This document shows, one piece after another, positions 1 through 9,739 of a stretch of 64,000 bases of DNA. The stretch comes from Bacteroidia bacterium. Its GTDB lineage: Bacteria > Bacteroidota > Bacteroidia > NS11-12g > UBA955. The stretch spans positions 7,913 through 71,912 of the forward strand of contig CBFHXF010000005.1 in NCBI GenBank assembly GCA_965659745.1, in the 5' to 3' direction. Within the stretch, counting starts at the first letter, position 1; each line of letters begins with the position of its first letter. Under the pieces are notes generated by a model. It saw nothing but the letters and a program-made list of their open reading frames with translations. It made no database searches and was not told where the DNA came from. Both the position numbers and the translations under genes were made by a program.

Positions 1-108
1 AGGAGAGCCGCCCACCGACTTGAATTTGCATCCGAATAGTCCGGGCTTCCGACTTATTTTAAATAATATTTTATTCCCATCGGCTCAAAAAAGCAAACAA
101 AAAACCTA

Positions 109-2028
109 ATGACACCGAAGTTGCGTCGTACCAGATGGTATCGGCATATCCCCTTTTTATTGGTTCTTATTCTGGCTATTGGGGTGCGTTTCATCAAAAT
201 CGAAGAACGTCCTTGGGATTCAGATGAACTTGGAGCCTTATTCCGGGCTGAAAATGCACACAACTTCGATACTCATTTAGATCAGGGCGTGGCTATAGAC
301 GGACATCCTGCATTGGTACAGACCTTTTTATGGACCAACGCACAAAGCTGGCACCTCAATCCTACACAAATTAAGTGCCTATGGGCAACTCTTGAATTAG
401 TCGCAATTTGCTTTTTTTATCTTTTCTTCTGGAGCCGACTAGGGCGTCGTTCTGCTTTTTTTGTAGCGGTATCGTTGAGTCTACTTTGGTGGCCCGTTAG
501 CATGGGTATTTGGGTGCGCCCGTATGCGATAGCATTCTTTTGGACTTCCCTTTTAGCACTAAGTAGCGAACGGCATTTCCGTCAAAAAAACAAATCATTC
601 TTGTGGATATTACTCATGTCCGTATCCATGGCGCTTTTGGCCTATACCCATTATATGGCGGCCTTGACTGGTATCCTTTTCCTCATTTCAGAATGGTTCC
701 AAAAGAAAGTTCCATTAAGAATTTTATTGGTGGTAGCCGTTTTGGCTTCTTTATTATATGTGCCTCATTTGGGATTGTTTCTTACCCAATTAAACGAAGG
801 TGGATTGTCGTGGCTAGGAAAACCGGGAATGAACTTCTTGATTGACCATTTTTACTATATTTTCAATGAGTCAAACTTGGTATTACTCTGGATTTTCCTG
901 ATGTTAACGATTGGAATTGTTTATCTCAGACGGAAGGGGTTTTCCCAAAACTTAAAGGTGAAATTAATATCTGGAATAGGGATTTGGCTGGGGGTAACGC
1001 TGATTTCATTTACCTATTCTCACGTGCAGAAGCCCGTATTGCAACACAATGCCTTGTTCTTTGCCCTGCCTTTTCTTCTCGGGGGAATTTCTATCCTATT
1101 TTATAAGTTGCCGGCAACCCTAATGCGATTTGTGAATTTTATCTGGGTTTCGATTTTGTTTTTTAGTTTGAGTGCAGAAAAGGGCCACTTTACCACCGCG
1201 TTTGAAGATCGATATGCCAGTCCTATTAAAGCCATTTCCAAATTGGAAAGCGACGAAACCACAGCAGATCTGACGCTATTAGACGGCCCAAGCGATGTAT
1301 TACAATTTCATTTGAAATCACACCCCATAAATCCTGTTTTTTTACTCGAAAATCTTCCGATCAACAAAGCTGCCACCATGGATTCCATATTTCGTTTTAA
1401 TGATTCTTCAACGAGCCAATATTGGGTTGGATTGCATGCCGGCTCTGACGTAAATCTGCAAACTTATTTTTGGTCGCGATTTGACCTTATCCCATCCATG
1501 CAAGGTGGAGTAAAAAGGAACTTCATTACCGGAGGAGAGTATTTCGTGGCAACTTTGTCAGATTCTTCTTTCTTACAACGGCATAAATCGATTACAAAAA
1601 TGCTCCCTATCAATGAGGCACTCTTTATTGATTTCAAGGAAATAGAAGCAAAATTGGGAACTATTGAACCCACAGATGTGCTCATGGTATCAGTAGAAGA
1701 TGGATTTGCTTGTAATGAAGTTTTTAGAGAATTTGATTTGGTTACCGCCATTTTCCAGGAAGGATTCAATAGGGCTTTAAATCAGATCGATTATCGATTT
1801 ACCTCTAACAAAAGCCCGTTAAACCAACACAATGTTTGGCTGCACCATCCAATAAAATTGGCAGACATTCCTAATTGGGATGCGAAAAGCCGATTGCGTG
1901 TGAGTTATGAATACCGTGGACCCGAGGATAATCCATTTAAGGCATCGCCCTTTCGCCTTTCTATCCGTAAAATTAAGGGCAATCCACATTTATACAATCG
2001 GAAGACCGTTCAAACTATCGGTAGTTAG
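109..2028 (+). CDS. Polytopic membrane glycosyltransferase, GT-C / family 39 (ArnT/PMT-like), with soluble C-terminal domain
   Basis: 639-aa ORF. The first ~370 aa are consecutive hydrophobic helices, and the first loop carries an acidic WDSDELG motif as in ArnT/PMT-type enzymes. The last ~250 aa are non-hydrophobic. Family call rests on architecture and motif recall only. Confidence 0.5.
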   Translation: MTPKLRRTRWYRHIPFLLVLILAIGVRFIKIEERPWDSDELGALFRAENAHNFDTHLDQGVAIDGHPALVQTFLWTNAQSWHLNPTQIKCLWATLELVAICFFYLFFWSRLGRRSAFFVAVSLSLLWWPVSMGIWVRPYAIAFFWTSLLALSSERHFRQKNKSFLWILLMSVSMALLAYTHYMAALTGILFLISEWFQKKVPLRILLVVAVLASLLYVPHLGLFLTQLNEGGLSWLGKPGMNFLIDHFYYIFNESNLVLLWIFLMLTIGIVYLRRKGFSQNLKVKLISGIGIWLGVTLISFTYSHVQKPVLQHNALFFALPFLLGGISILFYKLPATLMRFVNFIWVSILFFSLSAEKGHFTTAFEDRYASPIKAISKLESDETTADLTLLDGPSDVLQFHLKSHPINPVFLLENLPINKAATMDSIFRFNDSSTSQYWVGLHAGSDVNLQTYFWSRFDLIPSMQGGVKRNFITGGEYFVATLSDSSFLQRHKSITKMLPINEALFIDFKEIEAKLGTIEPTDVLMVSVEDGFACNEVFREFDLVTAIFQEGFNRALNQIDYRFTSNKSPLNQHNVWLHHPIKLADIPNWDAKSRLRVSYEYRGPEDNPFKASPFRLSIRKIKGNPHLYNRKTVQTIGS

Positions 2029-2049
2029 ACTTAAATATGGGAAATGCCC

Positions 2050-3015
2050 CTATTTAATAATGGTGAAAACCCTCGATAGGTTAAATCCGAGGCGCACACC
2101 CGCATTATTCCATTGGGTATTGGTATTGGCAATGAACTGCGTTTCGTTCAATCCCGCACTATTGGTAAGCTGAAATTGGAATACATGTCCGCCAGTTTCT
2201 ACGTCCAAACCCACAGATAAACTATTGTATACGTTTCCTTTTGATGTTAAAATAGGAATATACTCAAAGTTAAAAGCCGTTCTTTGAGTGATTTTATATC
2301 TTGACCCAATACCTAAAGCCCAAATGTTTTGAGGCTCAACTCCTATTTGTGTCCAACGTTCATTATACGCATTCACTATATAGGTTGGACTTATCTGTAA
2401 ACTAAAATCTTCTGTTAATTTACGACCTACAACTGCTTGAAATACAAATGAACTGCGTTGATTGGCATTAGGGACATCTGGACTCGGTATATTTGGATTT
2501 ATTAAGGCATATTGGGTTCCTGCTAACAACAGAAGGGTTACAGGCTTGCTATTGTCGGTATTTTGGTGCATCAATCTATACTTAAGAAATGCATCGGCAT
2601 TTTTAATTCCATTGACATTGCTCCTCCCCATAGAGATCATTAAATTATGGGTAATCCCATATTCCAGACCAAATCTAACGCTGGCTTGATCCAAGCCAAA
2701 TGCATTTACGGCGCCGGAATTCAGTGCGCCAAAACGGTGCATCATTTTGAAATCAAGTACGCCATAATCGGTGAGCTCCAAACTTTGCAAATTAATTACC
2801 TTGGTTGTTTTGAATGCATAGTTAACCTTTTCTACTGAAATTGGGGCCTCTCCAAGAAGGTCAAATTCATCACCCTGTGCTAATAAACCCGTTGAAATTA
2901 GGGATGCAGAACTAATGATGAGACTAACAACCAATCTATTGATGTTCGGAAGAAGTTTCATCATCTGCGGAAGTTTCATCATTTGAATGCTCTTTATTCC
3001 CATATTTATTACCAT
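2050..3015 (-). CDS. Outer-membrane beta-barrel protein, DUF5777-like (paralog 2)
   Basis: Signal peptide ending LLAQG. Shares the motif HRFGALNSGAVNAFGLD..YGIT..GRS and the C-terminal LGFNLSRVF with the upstream paralog, and has an alternating beta-strand pattern. The true start is probably one of the Met codons at 2961-2982, not 3015. Confidence 0.55.
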   Translation of the reverse strand: MVINMGIKSIQMMKLPQMMKLLPNINRLVVSLIISSASLISTGLLAQGDEFDLLGEAPISVEKVNYAFKTTKVINLQSLELTDYGVLDFKMMHRFGALNSGAVNAFGLDQASVRFGLEYGITHNLMISMGRSNVNGIKNADAFLKYRLMHQNTDNSKPVTLLLLAGTQYALINPNIPSPDVPNANQRSSFVFQAVVGRKLTEDFSLQISPTYIVNAYNERWTQIGVEPQNIWALGIGSRYKITQRTAFNFEYIPILTSKGNVYNSLSVGLDVETGGHVFQFQLTNSAGLNETQFIANTNTQWNNAGVRLGFNLSRVFTIIK

Positions 3016-4043
3016 CTCCGTATAAGATTAAAACCCAAGCAAAAATCTCCTAATTGAATTGGATTTGGGTTGTCGGTTAAGAAAAAGGGCTCATTCAATG
3101 CCCGAGAATTGGTGAGATTAATTTGAAAAGCATGCTGCGGAGTGAAATATTCAAATCCAAATCCAATCGTTGGATTTGATTTGGGTTTGACGGTTGTGAT
3201 TGAATTGATTAGTACACTCCCTTCTGCAGTTAAGGCAAATTTAGGAATGATTTGTTGTCGGATATAACCAGAAACAACGGGCATGTCATTGGAGTAGCTG
3301 CGTTGACTTACTAAATTGGCATGCACTAAGCTAGGAGAAATCGAAAGTAATAAACCTTTATTTACTTGCCAAGATGCAATTAACTGTTGGGTAAAGAACA
3401 GGCGATGCGATTGCCTAAATGGCTCCAAATTCCAATCGGCACGCGCTCGAGCATCCACTGCTATATCTGAAAGAATGGTAAGGTTGAATTTAGATTCTGG
3501 AGCTCCCAAGAACCTCCATTTAAAATACCCGTTATACGTTTTACGATATGAGCTTCGACCTATGCCTGCAGTGATTCTGTCCGTAATTCCATAATCAGCA
3601 GCAATACGCATGCTATTGAAATTATCCAATCCATAGAGATTGTAGGCGCCCGAATTAATTTCTCCAAAACGATGCTGAATGCCCAACTCAAAACTTCCCC
3701 TGGGAAGTGTAGCCGCGGTATGTCCTGTAATGAGTCGCAGCGATTGGGCTTGTGCCGCAGTTTGGGTAAGGGGTTTATCGTTATGCTCAACCCTTACAAA
3801 ATTTATATCCCCTGTCTCTGGTTGACTTTTCCCAGTTGAGGTTGATTGCCTTTCCCCAGGTGAGGTTGTATGATGCAGGGTATCATTATTGATTGATGGA
3901 CTCGAAGGGTTTTCAAAAACATTTGATGTATGCTGCGGATCCAAATTGAATTTAAGGTCAGTTTGTTTGTGATTTGAAAAATCAGGATTCAAAGACCCCA
4001 ACAAACTCAAAACAAATGCCGCTGTAGAACTTAAAAACATCAT
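3009..4043 (-). CDS. Outer-membrane beta-barrel protein, DUF5777-like (paralog 1) with S/T/P-rich N-terminal linker
   Basis: Signal peptide followed by ~90 aa of low-complexity sequence. Then HRFGEINSGAYNLYGLD..YGIT..GRS and a C-terminal LGFNLIRRW. The start codon overlaps the stop of the upstream cytochrome gene (ATGA at 4040-4043). Confidence 0.55.
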   Translation of the reverse strand: MMFLSSTAAFVLSLLGSLNPDFSNHKQTDLKFNLDPQHTSNVFENPSSPSINNDTLHHTTSPGERQSTSTGKSQPETGDINFVRVEHNDKPLTQTAAQAQSLRLITGHTAATLPRGSFELGIQHRFGEINSGAYNLYGLDNFNSMRIAADYGITDRITAGIGRSSYRKTYNGYFKWRFLGAPESKFNLTILSDIAVDARARADWNLEPFRQSHRLFFTQQLIASWQVNKGLLLSISPSLVHANLVSQRSYSNDMPVVSGYIRQQIIPKFALTAEGSVLINSITTVKPKSNPTIGFGFEYFTPQHAFQINLTNSRALNEPFFLTDNPNPIQLGDFCLGFNLIRRW

Positions 4044-4429
4044 GGTTGCATCCCCTGATTGATCCAGGCCTCTACTTTCTTAATATCGCACTCATCCCAT
4101 TTTTGTCCACCTTTAGGCATGGGACTCGCGGTCGTATGATTAAGCGACCCCAACAGGGTGTTTTTCGATATGTTTAGATAAGCTTTAAGACTATTATAGT
4201 CGTAAATGGCCACATTTCCACTCGGAGCATCCGCCATATGACAACCGAAACACTGTTGCTCAAATCTACTTTCTAGTGCCGAATACGTCACCGAATTGGT
4301 GTCACAAACACGTTTGCCATAAAAATCCTCTTCATTATCGTATTCGCAACCGGTGGTAAGCGAAACGGTATATGAGAATACCAATATTAGGCAAACGCTG
4401 CTAAGTAGCTTATTTCTGTAACCCTGCAT
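4040..4429 (-). CDS. Monoheme c-type cytochrome lipoprotein
   Basis: Single CXXCH motif (CFGCH). Lipobox LTTGC follows a hydrophobic signal when translation starts at MQGYRNKLL (ATG at 4429). The ORF track extends to 4513. Confidence 0.6.
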   Translation of the reverse strand: MQGYRNKLLSSVCLILVFSYTVSLTTGCEYDNEEDFYGKRVCDTNSVTYSALESRFEQQCFGCHMADAPSGNVAIYDYNSLKAYLNISKNTLLGSLNHTTASPMPKGGQKWDECDIKKVEAWINQGMQP

Positions 4430-4514
4430 ATTTAAAGTAACAATGCAATTTTTATTGTGTTTGTTGGTATAAACTTCGTCTAAAATGGAGTATGAATGCC
4501 AGAAGGTATACACG

Positions 4515-5057
4515 CTATTGGGAGTTTAATAGGGCTTTCACCTTTACCTCTATATTTTGAGAAATTTTAGCCATTAAATTTGAGGGAACCCCTATTTCAT
4601 AATCACTTAACAAAATTTGGAAATTCGCATTTAATTTCAGTCCCTCTTCTGTATTTTGCAAAGTGCCATTAACCTCCATTTCTTTTTCTACACCATGAAT
4701 ATTGAAGGTTCCTTTAACCGTAACTGTTTGCTCTTTATTGGAAATTTTGAAATTTTCCGGAGTTACCACTGTTCCTTTGAAACTACCGTTAGGGTATTTG
4801 GCTGATTCCATGTAGTTCTCTTGAAAATGCGTCTGCATCAACTTCTTTTCGAAGATAAAGGCATTAATAGGTACTCTGAATTGCACTTTGCCATTAGAAT
4901 AGGCAGCAGTGACTTGGTTATTAACGGCTTCAAACGTTTCAAAATCGGTTTTACTTACGAAACTGATTTCTCCTGTGGATGTTTTGTAGGTTTGAGCCAC
5001 AGAATGACCAATTGCAAAGATCATGGCCATGACCAATAGAATTGTGTATTTTTTCAT
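4515..5057 (-). CDS. YceI family periplasmic (polyisoprenoid-binding-like) protein
   Basis: 180 aa with a signal peptide (..SVAQ). YceI-like length and beta-rich pattern (ISFVSKT..FEA.., GTFNIHGVEKEMEV, LLSDYEIGVP). Confidence 0.7.
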   Translation of the reverse strand: MKKYTILLVMAMIFAIGHSVAQTYKTSTGEISFVSKTDFETFEAVNNQVTAAYSNGKVQFRVPINAFIFEKKLMQTHFQENYMESAKYPNGSFKGTVVTPENFKISNKEQTVTVKGTFNIHGVEKEMEVNGTLQNTEEGLKLNANFQILLSDYEIGVPSNLMAKISQNIEVKVKALLNSQ

Positions 5058-5158
5058 GTTATGTATTTATTTAAAGTATTGTTTTGTTATTATTTAATTG
5101 GTTGGATTTAAAATCATTCTTTTATCGATAACCCTACCCACTTAAAACATCGAAAATT

Positions 5159-5620
5159 TTAATCAATGGTTTTCGAATCTAAAAGTGTGCATCTGTTAAA
5201 GCTCAATGTGGTTTCCGATAATAAATCCTCGGGATCCTCCGGCTTTGCAATGCCGTTGCAAATGCACATGACTTCAACCTTGCTGCCCAATTTTATATCT
5301 TCAAGTTCTTGATTCATGGAAGGGTCAAATGCCGCAGCCAAGATTACATTTTCATTTTCGGTTTCAAAAAACACCGTGCTCCCTGATTCCTTAATGCTTT
5401 TTGCATTTATAAGTCCCGTTAACATTACTTTCTTGCCCACATGCGTTTTATTGAATAACGTATCTGACTCCGACACTCCTTTTTCAACTAAAGTCTCGAT
5501 ACTGTATTCAAAATCCGGACTTCCGGTGCTTACCAATTCGGTTGGTTTCTGGTATAGATAATAGGCAATGGCTATTCCAAGTAAAATTACAATCAGTAGT
5601 ATTCTTAAAATTCGTTTCAT
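5159..5620 (-). CDS. Membrane-anchored OB-fold protein (tRNA_anti-like family)
   Basis: 153 aa. N-terminal TM anchor followed by YYLYQKP, then a KKVMLTG..I.. OB-like core, as in Bacteroidota tRNA_anti-like proteins. Confidence 0.45.
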   Translation of the reverse strand: MKRILRILLIVILLGIAIAYYLYQKPTELVSTGSPDFEYSIETLVEKGVSESDTLFNKTHVGKKVMLTGLINAKSIKESGSTVFFETENENVILAAAFDPSMNQELEDIKLGSKVEVMCICNGIAKPEDPEDLLSETTLSFNRCTLLDSKTID

Positions 5621-5646
5621 CGTGAGGGTTTGATTAGATTTGTACT

Positions 5647-7356
5647 ATGGCGAATTTAATACAACGTTTTAAAGTAGACATGGTTTTTCGACTTATCCCC
5701 CAAAAATTGGGCTTATTATTTTTTGCACTTTTCGCAATTTCTTCTCTTAATGCCCAAAATAGCCTTACTACCATACATAAAGCCACAAAAATATACGCCT
5801 GTGATACCGCTTGGAATACCGCTGAAGTTCTTGTGGTTAAGGATGATCGAATTTTATTCCTAGGCACCTTAGATTCTGCAAAAAAGCTATATCCCGAGGC
5901 TAAAATTAAACGCCATAAAGGATATATGTATCCAGGGTTTATCGATGCCCATTGTCACTTTTTGGCTCATTGTAGGGGTACCAAAGAATTAAATCTTTGG
6001 GGTGTTCAAGACTTAAAGAAAATCCAAAAAGCCGTTAAAAAATTCTCCCGAAAAAATAAAAATCGAGAATGGATAGTCGGCAGAGGTTGGGATCAAAATA
6101 CCTTTGAAGATCAAAAATTTCCCACATGGAAAGATCTAGAATCGTATAGTTCCAAACCCGTTGTATTAAGTCGCATAGACGGACATGCTATTTGGTTGAA
6201 TAAAATAGCGTTAGAAAAGCTTAATTTAAATTACGATACCCTTATCAATGGAGGTGAGATTTTAAAACTCCCTAACGGACAGCCTAGTGGCATTTTTGTA
6301 GATTTAGCAGCCGATTGGATACAGTCATTTATTCCCAAACTTGATGAAGAAACTTTGGTAAAAGCCATTAAATGCGAAGCCAAAAAATGTTACCGTTATG
6401 GATTAACTACGTTAGATGAGGCCGGATTAGAATACGAAGAACTTACGTTTTATGACCGTTTGCAAAAAAGTGGGGCATTGAAAATGCGCATTTATGCTAT
6501 GTTAATGGCGAATCCAGAGAATTTTGTTCATTTAATGAAACGCGATATTCCTCGCTCATGGCAATTGCACGCCCCCGCTGTTAAAATATTTTTAGATGGG
6601 GCCCTAGGTTCTAGGGGCGCATTATTGAAAAATTCTTATTGCGATCGACACGGACACCATGGATTGCAGTTGATGAAACGCAGCGAATTCAGTGGTACCT
6701 TAAACTTGCTTTATCAATTACATTATCAAGCGTGTGTGCATGCGATTGGAGATAGCGCCAATGCCATCGTAGCCCAAGAATTTGCTCGTTATTTAGAGCC
6801 TGGATTCGATGCCCGCTGGCGCATTGAGCATGCGCAAATCATGGATCCCAAAGACCGTAAATTGCTTGAAGGTCGCAGTATCATCCCTAGCGTGCAACCT
6901 ACCCACGCCACTTCCGATGCCCCTTGGGCTTTTCAACGATTGTGCTCCGATTCCACCCAAAAACGAGGCCTAAAATTCTACGAACCCCGCACCGGTGCTT
7001 ATGCCTACCAAGATTTACTCAAACAAAGTGGCTGTATTGCATTAGGAACCGATTTCCCCGTTGAAAGCATGAATCCATTTGCTACCTTCTATGCGGCAGT
7101 TTTTCGAAAGGATATAAACGGAAATTTAACCGAACCCTTCTTAAGTGCTCAAGCCCTAAGTCGGAAAGAAGCCTTATGGGGCATGACCTATTGGGCGGCT
7201 TACGCCAACAGAGAAGAATCATATAAAGGATCCTTAGAAAAAGGCAAACTGGCAGATTTTATCATTATAAACAAGGATTTGGTAAATGACGAAGAATCTG
7301 CAATCAAAAAAGCCAAGGTGAAAAAAACCTATATAGGAGCCGAACGCGTTAGATAG
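5647..7356 (+). CDS. Amidohydrolase family 3 (YtcJ-like metal-dependent hydrolase), secreted
   Basis: Signal peptide, a GFIDAHCHF metal-binding motif, an internal HAIGD and a RIEHAQ motif. 569 aa. Confidence 0.8.
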   Translation: MANLIQRFKVDMVFRLIPQKLGLLFFALFAISSLNAQNSLTTIHKATKIYACDTAWNTAEVLVVKDDRILFLGTLDSAKKLYPEAKIKRHKGYMYPGFIDAHCHFLAHCRGTKELNLWGVQDLKKIQKAVKKFSRKNKNREWIVGRGWDQNTFEDQKFPTWKDLESYSSKPVVLSRIDGHAIWLNKIALEKLNLNYDTLINGGEILKLPNGQPSGIFVDLAADWIQSFIPKLDEETLVKAIKCEAKKCYRYGLTTLDEAGLEYEELTFYDRLQKSGALKMRIYAMLMANPENFVHLMKRDIPRSWQLHAPAVKIFLDGALGSRGALLKNSYCDRHGHHGLQLMKRSEFSGTLNLLYQLHYQACVHAIGDSANAIVAQEFARYLEPGFDARWRIEHAQIMDPKDRKLLEGRSIIPSVQPTHATSDAPWAFQRLCSDSTQKRGLKFYEPRTGAYAYQDLLKQSGCIALGTDFPVESMNPFATFYAAVFRKDINGNLTEPFLSAQALSRKEALWGMTYWAAYANREESYKGSLEKGKLADFIIINKDLVNDEESAIKKAKVKKTYIGAERVR

Positions 7357-7403
7357 TGATGCATGTCATGGTATTTCTTCGATTTAAAGTTCATCTTTGT
7401 TGC

Positions 7404-8477
7404 ATGTATCGATTTGGACTTTCAATTTTTGTAGGCGGATTATTTTTCATTTCCTGTCAATCCGATTCCCAAACAATAAAAGCCGAAAAACGCGATTGGA
7501 TAGAATCCATTTACGCAAGTTCAAAAGTACAATCGGCAAATCAATACGCACATTATGCCGAAGTCAATGGCCGCTTGCTCCGCTATCTTGTTTCAGAAGG
7601 TGATACGGTTAATGCCGGCGATTTAATTGCAGAAATAGATGGGGTTAATTCCGAAACCCGCGTTAAAATTGCCCAATCGCAATTAGAGTCGGTTCAATCT
7701 GGCAAGGCTAGAATCCAAGAATTAGGATATCAAATTCAAAGTGCTCAAAATGTCTTCACCCAAGATTCTCTGGATTATTTCCGTCAAAAAAGACTCTTCG
7801 AATCGGGAATTGGAAGTAAGGCACAGTTGGAATCACGAAAATTAAAATTCCAGCAAAGCACATCACAGACCGCCTCATTAAAATCGAGATATACATCTTT
7901 ATCGGAGGAAATCAACGCACAGCGGAAGCAAGCCGAACAGAATGTGGCCTTGGCGACAAACCAACTCCACTCCTATTATATATATGCAAACAGAAAAGGA
8001 CGCATATATGAATTGAGGGCCAATGTAGGCGAATTGGTAAGTCCCCAACAACCCATCGCATTAATTGGAGATGCGCATGATTTTTTAGTTGAAATGGAAA
8101 TCGACGAGCGCGATATTTCCAAAATACAATTAAATCAAGAAGTGATTGTAAAACTTGATGCTTACAACGAAACATTCAAAGCCTACGTTTCTAAAATTTC
8201 ACCTCATTTAGACGCACAAACCCAAACCTTTCATGCCGAGGCCGTGTTCACTAGCACGCATCCCCGCTTTTATCCGGGATTGACCGCCGAATCGAATATT
8301 ATCTTGCAACAGAAAAAACAGGTGTGGGTACTACCGGTGAATGCTCTTGAAAACGACAGTACGATCAAAACTTCCCAAGGGATAAAAAATATTCGAACCG
8401 GACTAAGAAATACCCAGTTTGTAGAAATTATCCAGGGAGTGGATGAAACCACCGAAATTATTCTATCTAATGAGTAA
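7404..8477 (+). CDS. Efflux transporter periplasmic adaptor (HlyD/MacA-type membrane fusion protein), lipoprotein
   Basis: Start at MYRFGLSIFVGGLFFISCQ (lipobox). Has a lipoyl-like GDTVNAGDLIAEID motif, a coiled-coil hairpin and a beta-barrel C-terminus. ATGAGTAA overlap with the next gene. Confidence 0.75.
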   Translation: MYRFGLSIFVGGLFFISCQSDSQTIKAEKRDWIESIYASSKVQSANQYAHYAEVNGRLLRYLVSEGDTVNAGDLIAEIDGVNSETRVKIAQSQLESVQSGKARIQELGYQIQSAQNVFTQDSLDYFRQKRLFESGIGSKAQLESRKLKFQQSTSQTASLKSRYTSLSEEINAQRKQAEQNVALATNQLHSYYIYANRKGRIYELRANVGELVSPQQPIALIGDAHDFLVEMEIDERDISKIQLNQEVIVKLDAYNETFKAYVSKISPHLDAQTQTFHAEAVFTSTHPRFYPGLTAESNIILQQKKQVWVLPVNALENDSTIKTSQGIKNIRTGLRNTQFVEIIQGVDETTEIILSNE

Positions 8478-9738
8478 CCAGCCGCTGCTATTGAAAATTG
8501 CCAAAACCCATGTTTGGGCAAGAAAAAAACAGTCGGCCATTGCTGCTTTAGGCGTTACTTTTGGCATAGGAACCTTCATCACGTTAATGAGTTTCATGAC
8601 GGGTTTGAATGGTTTATTAGATGGATTAATTCTGAATAGAACGCCCCATATTCGGATTTACAATGAGGTAAAACCTTCCGAAAATCAACCAGTAACCTTA
8701 GATTCAACATACGGTTCAGAAGGCATTTTACATACGATTCACTCGATTAAGCCGAAAAAAACTTTGTCGAATATTCGCAATAATCGCGGAATCATGAACG
8801 AATTGGCCCTCGACGAAAGGGTAAAAGGAATCACGCCTCAAGTTTCTGCGAGGGTATTCTACCAATCGGGATCGGTTCTTTTAAATGGAAATTTAATCGG
8901 TATTAATCCGCTGGAAGAAGATCGCTTATTTCAATTTCATCAATATGTTATCGGGGGAAATCCTTCCGATCTCGCCTCTAACAGCCAAGGCGTGATATTA
9001 GGGGCGGGAGTTGCGAAAAAACTTTCCCTGCACATCGGAGAATACGTTTCTATGAGAAATTCTCAGGGTAAATTAGTCCGTTTGAAGATTGTGGCCTTGT
9101 TTCAAAGCGGACTTGCGGAGGTTGATAATTTGCAGAGTTATACCAATGTTAAAACGGCACAGTTGGTGGCCGGAGAAAATACAGGATATGTAACGGATAT
9201 TCATGTAAAGTTGCACGATTTAGAATGGGCAGCCGGAATGAGTGAAGAAATTTCGGAACATTACGGCGTTAGCAGTATTGATATCAAGCGGGCCAATGCC
9301 CAATTTGAAACGGGTACCGAAATCCGGAATTTGATAACGTATGCGGTTTCAGTGACCCTTTTATTAGTGGCGGGTTTTGGTATTTATAATATTTTAAATA
9401 TGCTTATTTACGAAAAGATGAACGACATAGCCATTTTGAAAGCCACTGGATTTTCTGCTGGAGATGTACAACGTGTTTTCATTTATCAAGCCTTAATTAT
9501 TGGTATTATCGGGGGAATCTTGGGTTTAATCATTGGATTTCTCATGTCTTACGGAATCAGTAAAAGTCCGTTCGAAACCGAGGCCCTTCCCACCATAAAA
9601 ACATTCCCAGTAAATTTTAATGTATGGTATTATATAGGCGGCGGTATTTTTGCTTTGTTAACGACGTTTTTCGCAGGATTTCTGCCGGCGAAAAAAGCCA
9701 GTAAAATCGATCCGGTTGAGATATTGAGAGGACAATAA
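8470..9738 (+). CDS. ABC transporter permease, FtsX/MacB/LolCE family
   Basis: N-terminal TM, a large periplasmic domain, then three C-terminal TMs carrying the FtsX-type signature (ILKATGFS..V..F). Ends KIDPVEILRGQ. Confidence 0.8.
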   Translation: MSNQPLLLKIAKTHVWARKKQSAIAALGVTFGIGTFITLMSFMTGLNGLLDGLILNRTPHIRIYNEVKPSENQPVTLDSTYGSEGILHTIHSIKPKKTLSNIRNNRGIMNELALDERVKGITPQVSARVFYQSGSVLLNGNLIGINPLEEDRLFQFHQYVIGGNPSDLASNSQGVILGAGVAKKLSLHIGEYVSMRNSQGKLVRLKIVALFQSGLAEVDNLQSYTNVKTAQLVAGENTGYVTDIHVKLHDLEWAAGMSEEISEHYGVSSIDIKRANAQFETGTEIRNLITYAVSVTLLLVAGFGIYNILNMLIYEKMNDIAILKATGFSAGDVQRVFIYQALIIGIIGGILGLIIGFLMSYGISKSPFETEALPTIKTFPVNFNVWYYIGGGIFALLTTFFAGFLPAKKASKIDPVEILRGQ

Positions 9739-9739
9739 T

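Noticed and set aside
1-60. AGTCCGGGCTTCCGAC at the window edge resembles the P4 strand (GAAAGTCCGGGCT) of RNase P RNA. It could also form a short bulged hairpin followed by TTATTTT.
   Set aside because: The sequence that should follow in RNase P RNA (for example the GGGTGCCAGGTAAC-like region) is absent, and downstream is AT-rich spacer. Only ~50 nt are visible at the window edge, so no RNA gene or terminator can be supported.
54-263. 69-aa minus-strand ORF overlapping the start of the GT39-like gene.
   Set aside because: It is antisense to a much longer, well-structured membrane-protein ORF, has no recognisable motif and is Arg/Ser-rich. It is typical of a shadow ORF.
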